Shown here one piece after another: positions 1-13,151 of a stretch of DNA of 64,000 nucleotides (position 1 is its first letter; each line of letters opens with the position of its first letter). The stretch spans positions 24,883 through 88,882 of the forward strand of contig CDMY01000392.1 of NCBI GenBank assembly GCA_001179505.1. The letters run 5' to 3'. The stretch comes from Vitrella brassicaformis CCMP3155. Its lineage: Eukaryota; Protista; Chromerida. A program made the translations under genes and the position numbers. The notes below the pieces were generated by a model. It had not been told where the DNA came from and searched no databases. It saw nothing but the letters and a program-made list of their open reading frames with translations.

Positions 1-254
1 CAATCAAGAACCCTCCCATCTCCCATGGCCATCGTGTACTTACATAAATACGGGTGTGGGCATCCCTGCCCTCTCATGTGGTGGGCGTGGGCGGTCGGGG
101 CCGAAACACGTCTGCCTTCTATGTCTATAGAGGCAGCCGCGTTTCAGCCACTCATCCCCACGCACCCACACACAAGAGGGAGCGATGGACGACCTCCACA
201 CCAGCTGTGCAGCTCGCTCGCAGCAGTCAATCAGCCAATCGGTCAATAAAAGAG

Positions 255-463
255 TGGGAAAACGGGAAAACGAAAACCCCATGTATACGATCTGTCTGTC
301 GGATGCTGTCCTGCGGGCCTGCCGTCGTGTGCCGATTCCTTAAGCCCGGCCGCCCGCATGGAGAGCACCACACACATAGACGTGCCTGGCAACCCACATG
401 CACGTGGCCCGAGTGAAGGGACCAGCACAACATGGCAGCGAAGAGAGAGGTGAGGAACAAAGG
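255..463. repeat. Dispersed non-coding repeat, copy 1 (copy 2 at ~33003-33195)
   Basis: The 30-mer ggcagcgaagagagaggtgaggaacaaagg is identical at 434-463 and 33166-33195. Upstream blocks also align: gtcgtgtgccgattccttaagcccggccgcccgcatgg vs gtcgcgtgccgatcccttctgccggcccgcccgcacgg. Confidence 0.75.
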
Positions 464-860
464 CAAGATGACTGGCACTGATACACAGAGAGAGAGCTGG
501 ACAGAGAAAGAGCCCCAGCAAACACACAGGCATACAGTGCCATACACGCCCCGATTCTTCTCTTTCTTCCTCTCTGTCTGTCTGTGCTGCTGGAGCGTAG
601 CGGTGAGTAGCGCCGTCGACAGTCCACGCACCAGACAGCTGCTGTGGTCTCACGACACGACAGCTGTCAGGTGCGTCGTCTGTTGATGACGGTAACCACC
701 ACCACACACGCAACGCACACTACACAGACCGCAGATCTGACACACACAAACTCACACAGACGCACTCATTTGGCAAAAATCGGGCAGGCAATACAGCACG
801 GGAGACACTTACACCCACGCCCCCAACCCCAACTCCCCCCTCCCTCCCTCCCTCCCTGAG

Positions 861-3009
861 TCAGTGGATGGACTGCTGCCGGTGGTTGTGCATGACCATG
901 TGTGGGTGGTGGGGCTGGGCGTCCTGCACCTGCATGCCGTCCATCGCAGCACCACCACCAGCCGCAGCAGCCGCAGCAGCAGCACCGGAGCCATCCTTCG
1001 CGGGACCGATCATCCCCATCACCTGCGCACACACCACACACGGGGACTTCCACATCATGTGTGTGATGTGGTGGTCCGCTCACCTCGTCAGCAGCCGCCG
1101 CCTCGAGCTCTTGTGTGCCTTGGGGGTAGGGGCTGCTGGCGCGGCGGGCGATGCTTCTCTCATGCTGCTCATGGTCGGCAGGGTAACCAAACCCAATCGC
1201 CTGTTGCTGCTGTGGCTGCGGCTCCTGCTGTGGCTGCTGCAGGTAGCCCCCCGAGTCATCCGAACCCATGTGAAAAGGCGGCTGCGGCAGCTGCAGTGGC
1301 TGCCCGTCCACCCCACCACCACCACCACCGCCCCTCTCCCCCAGCATGTTGGTCTCAGCCATCGACGCGGCCAGCAACGAGGCAGGAGTGCGGGCGCCGC
1401 TCGGGAGGCCGTGCTGCTGCCCATTCTCAGCCGGGAACCCCACGGTGATGGCGCTCTCGGGCGCGAGAGCAGGTGACCCTGGTGGCTGCCCGTAGGCCAG
1501 CCCGTTGGGCTGAGGCGTGTGAGAGGGGCTCCTGTGGTGTCCTGGGATCCGCAGCACCACTGGCTCTGGGGTGGGGGGGCGGTGTGGGTGTGGGTGGGGG
1601 CTCCATCCGCCCGCTTGGCTGTGGCTGGTGGGGGAGGCGCTGCCCGCACTGGCTGATCTTGCCAGGGCTGCTGGTGGGCCAGGGGGGAGCAGCTGGTTGC
1701 TGATGGCACGGTCGGGTGAGGGCGACTCGACGTAGGAGCCGGGGTAGGTGGGGGTGTTGGCGAGGGTGTGGAACTGGGAGAGTGAGGCCTGCAGGTGGGT
1801 GGCGCAGTAGTCCTCGGCCTTCTTGAACTCTATCACCTGTGTCTCTGCCAAACGGAACACACACAGAGGGGCTCTCTGGGTGTAGGGGTGTCAGTCGGGT
1901 GTGTGCGTGCGTGTGTGTTGGGTGTGTGCCCTCGTACCACAAGTGGCGATGTACCACTCGAAGAGGTTCTTGGGTATGCGGAGCTTCAGCTGGATGTGCT
2001 CGGGCTGCTTCATCGGCACTGAGGGCGGGGCGACACACACATCCACAGCAGACAAACAGACAGACACCAACATAGGCAGCCTGTCTGTCTGTGTGGTGCT
2101 CCCTCGCTCGTTACGGTGATATGCTCACTGACGTACCGTGGGTCTTGAGGAAGGCGAACCCCTGTCGCTTGAGGTTGCCGAAGTCGGGGTCCTCGGCAGG
2201 GTTGTTATCCGCCTCTCTGTGCACCACACAGACACACACACACACACACGCACACACGATGGAGATGTGGGTGTGTCGGTGTGTGGGTGGTGTGTGGTGT
2301 GGTGTGCTGACCTGAGAGTGAACCTCTTGGCGACCATGAGAGTGCCCTCGCCGAACTCGATGAGGAACTCAAAGTCGAGCTTGAACAGCTCCTGCAGATG
2401 ACGGGCACCCGCCGCGTTGAAACGCAACTTCAAGTAGGTGTAGCTCTGGGACACACACACACACAGACACACAGACACAGAGAGAGAGAGGTTTGTTTGC
2501 AAGTAGGTGAGCGGTAGGATGCATGGATGGATGGCTGGCTGAGATGGCTTACGTAGCTGTTGTTTCTATTGGCGACAAAGGCGTTAGGGTGGAAGACCTC
2601 GATCTTGAACCACGGCTCAGTGTTGTTGCTGCCGTCGTAGCCGAACTGGTGCGCTGTGTCTGTGCAGTGCAGTGCAGCCACACACATCAACAGAACAGTC
2701 AGTCGCCTGTGCCCCGCCCGCGTTGCCTTTGCTGCCCACTCACTCTCGATGAAGCCATACAGCTCCGGCGTCTCCTCCTCCTGCTTGATCTCGATGCCGC
2801 CCGTCCTGACATCCACACACACACACACACACACACAAGATGGCTGACATTTGCCGACACGCCCTCTCAACCCTGCCCCCTCCCTCCCCCTCCGTCGCAG
2901 CTCACCTGAACTGCCTGAGCTCAGCGCACGCGGCGTTGTGCGCTCTGAGGAAGAGGTTCTCGCACGCCGAACCCAACAGACCCTCCATCATAGGCACACT
3001 GACTGCAGC

Positions 3010-3047
<38 letters not shown>

Positions 3048-3900
3048 GAAAAGGTGTGAGCGGATGGATTCCGCAGCGAGGGAGGGCGGGAGGGGGCATG
3101 CGTGCGTGTGCGTACTGTGGCTGGCGTCGATGGCGCTTCTGGGAAGCGACAGGCGGCTCCGACCCGACACACTCGACCCGCTGCAAAAGGATGGATGGGT
3201 ACGTGTGTGCCATCGCTGGCACGCGTGTGTGTTCAGTGTAGTGTGGTGTGGCTGCTCACGCTTGGCTGAGTCCGTCGAAGTCGGTGATGCTGAGCTTCTT
3301 CATCACCTCCTTCCAACAACCTAACAGCCAGAGATCAAAGGAACCAACAAACACGTAAAGGAAACGAGGCCCCAGCAGTACAGTGCAGTGCTCTCCCATC
3401 ACACTGCCTCACGCGCACACCCGTTGCACACACGTACTGATGTTCTGTTTGTAGTGCTCGGTGGCGAACTTGCTCTTGAGGACGTGCTTGCCGCAGACGC
3501 GGCAGAGCGTCCTGGTCTGTCCGTTCCAGTCGAAGTCGATGCGCAGGTCGCCGATGAAGAGGTCACCCCGGGTGACCTTCCGCTCCTTGACGCTGGTCGC
3601 CGGGAACTCCCAGACGTTCTCAAAGATCTGACACACAGACAGACAGACAGGCAGACAGATAGACACACCGGTGGCGGGAGGGGGTACACGCGCGCACACA
3701 CAGACACCACTCCCCTCCCTATGTTTTGGCCACCTCATCGATGAGGAGGCAGTCGCCCTGTATTCTCTGGTTGAGAGGTTTCTTTCGCTCGCGGAAGAAG
3801 TCGGTGCAGTCCTGCTCAGGCTGCAGCCGGAACGACAAACCAGCCATCACCTCACCCACTCCACTACCGCACCTCACGTCACGAGCTCAGGCAGATCAGA
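861..3900 (-). CDS. Multi-exon hypothetical protein with a P/Q/A-rich low-complexity C-terminus (5' end approximate)
   Basis: GT-AG-bounded exons with coding-like composition: PEQDCTDFFRERKKPLNQRIQGDCLLIDE, IFENVWEFPATSVKERKVTRGDLFIGDLRIDFDWNGQTRTLCRVCGKH, YLKLRFNAAGARHLQELFKLDFEFLIEFGEG, AETQVIEFKKAEDYCATHLQ. Last exon VMGMIGPAKDG...QQSIH* ends at 861. No family recognised. Confidence 0.6.
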
Positions 3901-4161
3901 TGGGTGAGATCTCGCTCGCCGAACCGCGACAAAAACAGCAGTGCGTGTGTGTCCACTGCAGCTCTTTCAGATCCTTCGTTGTCTCCGCGCGAATCGGGAA
4001 GAAGCGCGCGATGGTGGATCGTCGGCAGGCTCGCACCACAAAAGGGGGAAAAACACTTCGAAACACACGACTACCTGGGACAACGGGAGAGGCTTCGTGG
4101 CGAGGCAGATCTGCCACCTGTGCTGCGAGAAAGCACCGGCTTGCTCATATATATCGTCAGG

Positions 4162-5004
4162 ATGTCTCACTTTCTGCTGGAGCAGCTGCGCCAGGCGCAT
4201 GAGGACGTCGAGGTGCGCAAGACATGATGACAACACACAGACAGACAGACAGACAGACAGACAGAGGTGTGCAACGTGCTGCATCAGTCAATTCACTGTG
4301 TTTGTTGTCCGCCTCCCTCGTGCCGCCTGCAGACGATAGAGAAGGCCGTGGCGAAGCTGCTGGCCGAGAAGGCCAAGCACCCCAAGCACGCCGTCAAGTA
4401 CGAGCACGCCATCCGCAACCTCCTCGACTCGCTCCGGGGCAAGAGCCAGACCGCCCTCGACATCTACGCCGACAAAGACGGGCTGCGCAGGGACGAGATT
4501 CAGATGCTCGGCGGCACCCGCCCGGCCACACAGGACGGCATCCCCGATGTGTTTGTCAACTTCGACCAGCAGGTGCAGGTCATCAAGGACTACCACCGGA
4601 AGTTCGCCCAGCAGAATGTGCTGCCCGAGATCAGGGACGACGCTTTCTTCCTCAACCAGGCGGTCGCCCAGGCGCAGGACAAGCTGGAGGCCATCTTTTC
4701 TGGCGACGAGAAGACGGGCAAGAGGGTGGACCTGCACCCTTACTACGTCATGTACGTCAACCTCAAGAAGCTCAAGGCGCACAGGGTGTCTGAGCACAGG
4801 AAAGAGGCGCGGGTCCGCCTGGAGAAGAAGAAGAGGGCCCATGCTGCTGAGGCCGGTGAGGGTGAGCAGGAGGCGCATGTGGACGACAGCGAGCTGCCTG
4901 AGTTCCAAGAGATCGACTACATCCAGTACCTGCAGACGTTCGACCGGTTCGCACACGCGCGCAGACACACACAGAGAGAAAAAGAGCGTCCCCCTCCCTC
5001 CTCA

Positions 5005-5048
<44 letters not shown>

Positions 5049-6675
5049 TCCTCTCTGCTGGGCTGAATGTCATAATTCGGTCAGGTTTCACGAGATCCCC
5101 CGGCACTGCAAGTACCGTGACGCCCAGTACGAGCAGTATCTGCGGGAGCTCATCGGCTACCTCCGCACCTTCTTCGAGAAACAAAACCCCATCGTCGACA
5201 TGCAAAAGGTCTCACACACACGCACACACAACCGACACACACACATATGAATGCGCTCATGCCCTCCTCCCTCCCTCCCTGCGTGTGTTAATGTTGGCGT
5301 CTGTGTGTCAGATTGACCGTCAGTTTGCGTCGGACTTCGACGCTAGGTGGTGGAGCCGGCTGGTGCCCGGCTGGGAGCAGAGCACCTTCGACGACCCCCT
5401 CTACGCCATACCCTCCGACTACCTCTTCGCCAGCGAGGCCACCAAGGCCTCACACGAGAAGGTAAGGTACCCAGCGGGACGGCCGCTGACTGACCACACG
5501 GAGAGGGCAACGCAACGCTCCTTCCCATCTATGTGTCTGTCTGTCTGTCTGTCTGTTGGGTCATACTAGGGCAAGAAGTACCGTAAGAATGCTGAGGTGT
5601 TCGCGCGCAAGACGGTGGATGAGCGGAGGGCCCTCGAGGATGCCTCCCGTGACCACGACAAGACGCTGGCCGAGCTCGAGGTGACGGTGCAGCGCTTCCA
5701 GGAGCTCCTCGGCGACACTATACAGGTGGGCAGCCTATGTGTGTGTGGGGATGGATGGATGGATGGATGGAGGGGCGGAGAATGGGCGCAGGAAAAGTGT
5801 GTGTGTGTGTGTGTGTGTATTGTCCTCTCGTTCTTGGTATGTGCGTGTCAGGCGACGATTCAGTACATTCAGAAGAAGCAGTCGCGCACCGCCGAGGAGC
5901 TCGACGAGGAGGAAGAAGAGGAAGAAGGTACACACACGATTGATGCCATAGATACCAACCACATCAATCACACTGACCACACTGATGTTTGTGTGTGCGG
6001 ATGGATGGCTGGATGGATGTGTTGTCTGTCTGTCTGTCTGTCAGAGGAGGTGCCCGAGATAGAGGAGGAGGAAGAGGAGGGCTCAGACGCAGAGAAACCC
6101 ATCTACAACCCTCTCAACCTACCACTCGGTAAGTAACTTACCTCCACACACCTAAACCGTCCCCACCACAGCCCCAACATACACACCCCGCCCCGCCACG
6201 TATCTCTGTGTCCACCACTAAACAAATAGGTTGGGACGGTAAGCCGATCCCTTATTGGCTTTACAAGCTGCACGGCCTGGGCATCGAGTACAAGTGTGAG
6301 ATCTGCGGCAACTACTCCTACTGGGGCCGCCGGGCCTTCGAGCGCCACTTCCAGGAGTGGCGCCACGCCTTCGGCATGCGCTGCCTCAAGATACCCAACA
6401 CCAGCCACTTCAAGGAGATCACACGCATCGAGGACGCTCTCACCCTGTATGAGAAACTCAAAAAGGAGGCCGAGGTCAAGGTGAGTGAGAAGAGCATCGA
6501 GGGGGGTGGGTGGCGGGTTGGGTTAATGCATTGGATTGGATCTAAGTGATCTGTGCGTGTGTGTGTGTGTGTTCAGGCGTTTCGTCAGGACAACGAGATG
6601 GAGATGGAGGACGACCAGGGGAACGTCATGAGCGTCAAGGCCTACCAAGATCTCTCCAGGCAGGGACTCCTGTAG
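4162..6675 (+). CDS. SF3A3: Splicing factor 3A subunit 3 (SF3a60/Prp9)
   Basis: Starts [17 protein letters not shown] and contains [15 protein letters not shown]. Has the highly diagnostic C-terminus [65 protein letters not shown] (matrin-type zinc finger). Ends [22 protein letters not shown]. Confidence 0.97.
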
Positions 6676-7078
6676 CCTTAAGTACTGACTGACTGAGGAA
6701 GGGAGGGTGCTTCCCACCCTGACTGCCATGGCCATGCCCTCACTCATAGATGCGATGGTGCAGTGAGACTCTTAATTGCATAAATGCGATTGATCAATCC
6801 TTCAGTGAGGGCATCCGACCCGTCGGTGTGTCAGTGTGTTGAAGGAAGACGGTCCTATCACTCAGACGCTCCCAGCCATGCCAGCCATCCAGCCATCCAT
6901 GCCGTCAATGGAGTCGACCTAGCTGTCAGACAGGCAGATGCAGCCATGCCATCAATCAGTCGGTCAGTCAGTCAAAAGGCGGGGTGGAATATTGACGACT
7001 GCATCTGCATCTCCTGCACTCGCACACACACATCATGTGGCTGCAAAGTTACTGTGCCCAGTGTGGCTGCATATCTCT

Positions 7079-8331
7079 CTATTTATATTGCATACCCGTC
7101 GCTGCCTGGCCGACATGGGTTTGCCTGCGAACCCCGACGCAGTCCCGGGATAGCACTGCATCCCAGCAGGCGGGCGGCTGCGATTCAACACCCACGACGG
7201 CACTGTGGGAACACACACGCACCATCCCCCGCCCCCCCAGACAAACACACATACTCACACAGAAGTTAGGTTTTGTCTTTGTGGTGTGTCTGGTACCGTC
7301 GTGTCTCGGCTGTGGCCTTGTTGTGACATCCACTCTCTTCTGGTCGTAGTCGCCATGGATCATCATGTGTTTGTTGTGGAACTCGCTCCGCGCGTCGCGC
7401 CAGTCGTAGGTGCCCATGTTGATCATGCGCTTGTCGGGGGCTGCCAGGCGCTCGCCTGATGGGACACCACGGGGCGACTCCTGCTCACCCAGACCTGATG
7501 AGACACACACACGAATGGGGTTTGGGGGTGTGTGTGTGTGTGTGGGGGGNNNNNNNNNNNNNNNNNNNNNNNNNNNNNNNNNNNNNNNNNNNNNNNNNNN
7601 NNNNNNNNNNNNNNNNNNNNNNNNNNNNNNNNNNNNNNNNNNNNNNNNNNNNNNNNNNNNNNNNNNNNNNNNNNNNNNNNNNNNNNNNNNNNNNNNNNNN
7701 NNNNNNNNNNNNNNNNNNNNNNNNNNNNNNNNNNNNNNNNNNNNNNNNNNNNNNNNNNNNNNNNNNNNNNNNNNNNNNNNNNNNNNNNNNNNNNNNNNNN
7801 NNNNNNNNNNNNNNNNNNNNNNNNNNNNNNNNNNNNNNNNNNNNNNNNNGGGGATGAGTGACCTTGGTCGCCATAGAGGCGGGCGGATCGGGCGTATTTC
7901 TCTGTGTTGGTGTTGGTGAAGTTGAACAGATTGGTCTGTGTGGAGTTGTTACAGGGGGCAGTGACGCCTCTTGTGCGTGTGTGTACGCGCGTGTACGTGT
8001 CTGAGCTCTCTGGCGTCTGCCGATCCGTGTTGCATGACGGTCTTCATGGTGTGGAAGCTCTTGTGCCGCTCCAGCTCACGGCCCGTCTTGGGCGGGCTCT
8101 GGTAACCCAACAAATCTGACAGACACCACACCACACCACAGACAGAGAGACAGCACATTCCTGGACCGACCCACGGCAGGCAGGCATGTCGTCCGGGTGT
8201 GGTGTGCTGACTGGAATAGTTCTTCTCGGTGCGGCCCCGGTACTCGTTGTACTCCTGCAGCTCTTTCTCCTCCTTCTCGTGCTCCTTCCGCTGCGCAACG
8301 TGCTGCACGGGACATCAGACAAAACCTGGTC

Positions 8332-8368
<37 letters not shown>

Positions 8369-9959
8369 TCCCCTCCCTCTCTCCCTCTCTCATCTCATCG
8401 TTCGACCCAGACTGTCGGCCGACCTTTGAGGTGAATGCGGGATGCGCAGGGCAGTGGAGGCTGCCGTGCTCGGACTCAAGCATGCCCAGCTTCTTCCGCT
8501 CCCGCGCGCTCATGCCGCTCAAGCCTAGCTGCGGCACCGACGCGCAGATGGCCATCCGCCGCTTGGGCTTCAAATCCTCTGCAGGGGCAGCAGCTAGAGG
8601 GGCTGCCGGGGGAGGTGCCTCCTCACCTCTACAAAGAGACATAGACACATGCCCCTCTGTCAACAGTGGAACATATTGTGAGTACCCTGGTTGCTGGTCT
8701 TGCTGCTGCTGCTGCTGCTGCAGCGGGGAGGCTTCTGTGGGCGGCGGGGTGGGGGGCACTGGGGCCGGCGGTGGAGGGGGTTTGCCGTAGTTGCCCAGGC
8801 GCGTGTGGTCCATCCGCAGCTGATCCGTCACGAAGCACAACGGGCGCTGGACCTGCACACACGCAAAAACGGAGCGCAAATTGAAGACAAGCGACAAAGG
8901 ACACATAAGGTGTCGGTGTGGGGTGGTTGCTCGCCTCCTCTTTGCGGTATTCGCTGAGGCCGTGGAGTCGCGCGCGGCCGAAGAGCTCCGACGAAAGCTC
9001 ATAGGTCTTGCGCTGAGCAGCCGTTGCGGCCCGCTGCTGCTGGGGAGTCTTCCTGGAGCCAACCATACACAAAGAGACACAAAGAGAGACATGGACACAG
9101 CTCCCTTCCTTGTGGTTGCGTACGGTCGGAGCCGCTCGAGTCTGTCGTCGGCCCAGTGTGTCTTGACGCCCGAGCGCCAGAACTCCTGAGGGATGGAAGA
9201 GTCCCTCTTGCTGAACTGCACCTTCTCCGCCAGCTCGTCACCCTCCTTGCCGTCATACACGACGTCGTGACCCTTGCTGTGCGTCTGCACACAGACAGAC
9301 AGACAGACAGACAGGCAGACAGACAGACAGAAGAATCAGGCAAAAAAAAGGCTCCCTCCTAGGCTGTCTTACGGCTCTTGTGTCGGGCGGTGGCGGGATG
9401 GCCTGCTTGGCCGGGACGAACCGGGTGTTCTTGCCGCATTTTGGGTAGTACTGCTGCATGAGATTCTTCTGCGTCTGGACGTTGTAGACCTTGCTGGGCA
9501 TGGGGCCGTCCTCCTTCATGAAGTTGTAGGTGGTCGTCATGTACACCACCTTCCGCTCGCGGTGCGTCAAGGGACTGATTGCAATGCATTGCAACGCCAT
9601 GAACGCAACAGGGGAGAGAAAGAGCAGCCCAGAGATCGGTGGCTGACCGGTCTTTGTCGCGTTGGGATTCGGGGGATGGGGGGCGATGCTCCTCCACTGA
9701 CTTCCTGCACACGTCATGCAAACAGGAGAGAGATCGATGCACTCACTGCACTGCATGTGACTGTCTGTCCCGTCCGTCGTCTCACTCACTTTGCCTGGAT
9801 GAGACGCGGCGAGTCCACCTTCCTGCTGCGCACCTGATGCACCGATGCACCACGGACATAAACACACATGTGCACCCATCTCGCCGTCACTGCCTGGCCC
9901 TCTTTGCGATGATCCCCCGGGCCCGTAGTAGTACTTCGCTGTAGGTGGGATGGTGCCAT
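7079..9959 (-). CDS. Multi-exon hypothetical protein spanning the assembly gap (3' end approximate)
   Basis: Putative start MAPSHLQRSTTTGPGGSSQRGPGSDGEM at 9959. Exons include ISPLTHRERKVVYMTTTYNFMKEDGPMPSKVYNVQTQKNLMQQYYPKCGKNTRFVP, SKGHDVVYDGKEGDELAEKVQFSKRDSSIPQEFWRSG, QRKEHEKEEKELQEYNEYRGRTEK and KRMINMGTYDWRDARSEFHNKHMMIHGDYDQKR. Confidence 0.6.
7550..7849. other. Assembly gap (300 N)
   Basis: Run of 300 n characters flanked by GT/G-rich microsatellite. Confidence 0.99.
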
Positions 9960-10187
9960 AGGAGGTCCCCCTTGCGCAGAGGCAGAGAGGTCAGCCCCAG
10001 AGTGCTCCTCGAGTGATTCATGCCGGTGTAGAGTGGGACAAACAAGGGCCCTGTCTCAAACGGGGTTGCGTGCTATGGGGGCAGCTGTGGGCCCACAGTC
10101 TGCATGCACTGGGACAACTTCCGAAGAAGACGTTTATCTCTCTCGCAAGGCGGCCCCATTGCAGAGCGCAGATAGCAACAAGACAGA

Positions 10188-11077
10188 ATGGCGACCGTCG
10201 TTGCGCAGGCCGGCGGGACTCGGCGGAAGAAGAAGACAGAGGTGGTGGAGCCGCAGGTCATCGACGAGGACCTTCTCAGACAGGGCGTCCTCGAGCCTCT
10301 CCTGCTCACCAGAGAGCTCACCGAGCCAATCGACTTCCCGTTCGTGACCTCACTCGCACTCTCCTTCCATAGTACGTACGCATATATGCGTTGCGGGTCG
10401 GAGAGGGGAAGGCATGCGCATGCGTTGGGTGATTGTGTCGTGTGTCGTTCACCGCACCCAGACATATTGCACATTGACAACCTGCAGACGTTCACGCGTC
10501 TGAAGCTGCTGCGGCTGGACAACAACATCATCGAGGAGATCAAGAACCTCGACCACCTTGTCAACCTTACATGGCTCGGTCAGTCAGACCTCAGCCCCCT
10601 CTACCATTCCATCTCAAACTGTCTGTGTGCATGCAGATTTGTCGTTCAACAACATCGCCAAGATCCAGGGGCTCGACAACTTGTGCAACCTGACTGACCT
10701 CTCTCTATACTCGAACCGCATCACCAAGGTGGAGGGCCTCTCGAGCTGCCGAAAGCTCAACGTCCTCTCGCTCGGCCGCAACCACATCACCGAACTCAAA
10801 CAGGCGAGCGACAACGGAACCTCTTGAAGAAGCGGGTTGAATCGCCTCTTTGTTGTGTGGTGTGTTCAGGTTGATTCGCTTCGTTCGTTCAGCGGCCTTC
10901 GGTGTCTGTGTCTGGAGGGCAACCCCATCTGCAAGGAGGAGCACTACCAATCCCACGTGCTGGCCTTCCTCAGCCACCTCAAGTACCTCGACTACATGCT
11001 AGTCGACAAGAAAAAGGTACCACACAGACACACATTGGCCAGCATCTTCATGACTGCATCGATTGCCTTCTCCCCCC

Positions 11078-11108
<31 letters not shown>

Positions 11109-12580
11109 CCCGTGTGTGTGTGTGTGTGTGTGTCACAGATTGCGGCAGCACTGGAGACGAGCCAGGATGATGAGCTCCGTGAGTTACGCGAGAAGGAGGC
11201 CGCCCAGCTGGCCGCCAAGGAAGCTGACACGGAGAAACAGAAGATCCTCGCTGAGCTGCGGGTGTGTATACCCAGGGAGGCACATACCACCAACACACAC
11301 AAGGGCCGAACCGAGACGTATGTGTGTTGGCGGTTTGTGTGCAGGAGAGCTTTGTGGACGGCACCGAGGGGTTGTTTGAGGACATGTTTGACAAGTCTGT
11401 CGAGCCGGAGGCGATGCAGATCCTGAGGGACTACCTCGAGCTCAAGACCAACTTCAAGGAAAAACTCCAGGAACTCGTCAAAATACTACGAGACGTACAG
11501 AAAGAGACACGTACAGAGAGAGAGGGAGAGAGACGTCACACATGCAGCCAACTTGCGTTTGTTTCAATTCCCTGTCCACCTCTGCCTGTCACCAGAGTCT
11601 GATCGAGAAGAACGAGCTCCGCCTTCAAAAAGTCAGAAAGTGAGCTGCTGGCCTCAACACCACAATCACCCTCACCACATCCACCATCCACCATCCATCC
11701 ATGCATCCATGCATCTGTCCATCAGATTTGAGGCAGCGGTCAAGAAGGCCGAGGAGGACAGCGAGCAGGACGCCAAGCAGCTCCTCAAGGGCTTCCAGAC
11801 ACTCAAGAAGAAAGTGCTGCGGGAGGTCAACGACGAACCCATCTCGGCAGAGGAGTCTGTCAACCACCTCCTCGACGACCTGGACGACCTCCACCAGCAC
11901 CTCATGACCAATGAGACCATGCTTCAGGAGACCCTGGAGGTATGTGAGACTGTCCGGTTGTCGGTGGTTTGGGCATAGGGGTGGTGTGTGTGCAGGAGGC
12001 CTTGGATGAGTTTGAGGTGGTCATCCGGGAGTACTGCAAGTACCTCAGCGAGAAGGGCTCCGACTTCTTCAGACAGCTCGAGGAACTCGAGAAGAAATTC
12101 GCCACAAGTGAGTGGAGTGACACGCAGGCAGAGACACGACGCAGACCTCAATGTTTGTTTGTCTGCGCGTGTGGCAGGTATCACTGAGGGCGTCTCATCT
12201 GAGCTGGAGCTCTACCAGGCAAACCCCGACGACGCAGACCCCAGAAAGTAAGCAAGCCAAAACAGAGAGAGAGATACACACACACCCCAACCACCGATCG
12301 ACCTGTCTGCAGGGCTCGTTTCCTTTCGTCTCGCGAGGAGCTGATGGCGTCGGTGACGGCCTTCAACGAGCACCACATCCAGCTGATTCAGTTCCGCGAC
12401 GAGGACATGCAGAAGCAGATAACGGCGTGGATGGAGGGGCTGTTCGAGCAGCACCGGCAGCGGCAGTACAGCCGGAACAGGGTGCGGCTGCAGGAGGTGC
12501 AGCAGGTGGTGGAAGAGTACAAAGAGGAGATCACCGACGTGCTGAGGCAGTTTGAGTCCGATGAGGAGGACGATGATTGA
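10188..12580 (+). CDS. DRC3: Dynein regulatory complex subunit 3 (LRRC48-like; LRRs plus coiled coil)
   Basis: VEPQVIDEDLL start. SDS22-type LRRs: ILHIDNLQTFTRLKLLRLDNNIIEEIKNLDHLVNLTWLDLSFNNIAKIQGLDNLCNLTDLSLYSNRI. LRR cap LEGNPICKEEHYQSHVLAFLSHLKYLDY. Long helical C-terminus with HIQLIQFRDE and YSRNRVRLQEV, as in DRC3. Confidence 0.85.
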
Positions 12581-12861
12581 CTGGACATATTGGGCTGCGG
12601 GTTGGTGGGCTGCTGGGGACGGGGCAGGGGCTTGCTGATCGGCGTGTTGTGTTCCTTTCTCTCTGGTGGATGGATATTTGTGACTGCTGGTCAATGCTGC
12701 TATTTGTATGCGTGTGTTCCATTCATCCATCCACTTATCCATGCGTCCATGCCGCAAGCGCACAGTCTTTCCATCGCGTGGCGTGACTGACAGAGACATG
12801 CTTTCCTGTATCTGTCTCTCTGAGCCCTTCAATACATAATACTTTTCAGGGCCGGGACTGA

Positions 12862-12881
12862 AGGGTTTAAACCCTAACCCT
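12862..12881. repeat. Telomere-like palindrome AGGGTTT|AAACCCT followed by AACCCT
   Basis: Perfect 14-bp palindrome agggtttaaaccct at 12862-12875, right where homology between the two U-box cassettes begins. Confidence 0.7.
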
Positions 12882-13151
12882 GCAGATTCCACATGGCCGT
12901 ATACTCATGACTGAGGTCGCGGGAACAGGTGAGATCCGTGCGCCGGCGCCTTCCTCTAGCTGCTGAAGGCGCACAGCCAGGGCGCACAGCGGCCCTGAGG
13001 CGCGGCCGCACCGCATTCCACACGTCAATGCCACGGCGCTGCCCGTCGGCAAAGTAGCTCATCGGTAAGGGGATGATGCACCACTTGCACGCGATGTGCA
13101 GCGGGCATCTCTGACAGCGAGCCCTTCTTCTCTCTGCTGGTGTGTGTGCAG

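Noticed and set aside
4288-4968. Long antisense ORFs overlapping real genes (also 33277-34395, 56201-57355, 24552-25265)
   Set aside because: These are shadow ORFs expected from GC-rich codon bias, with no independent motifs.
7550-7849. X-containing ORFs across the N run
   Set aside because: They are artefacts of the assembly gap.
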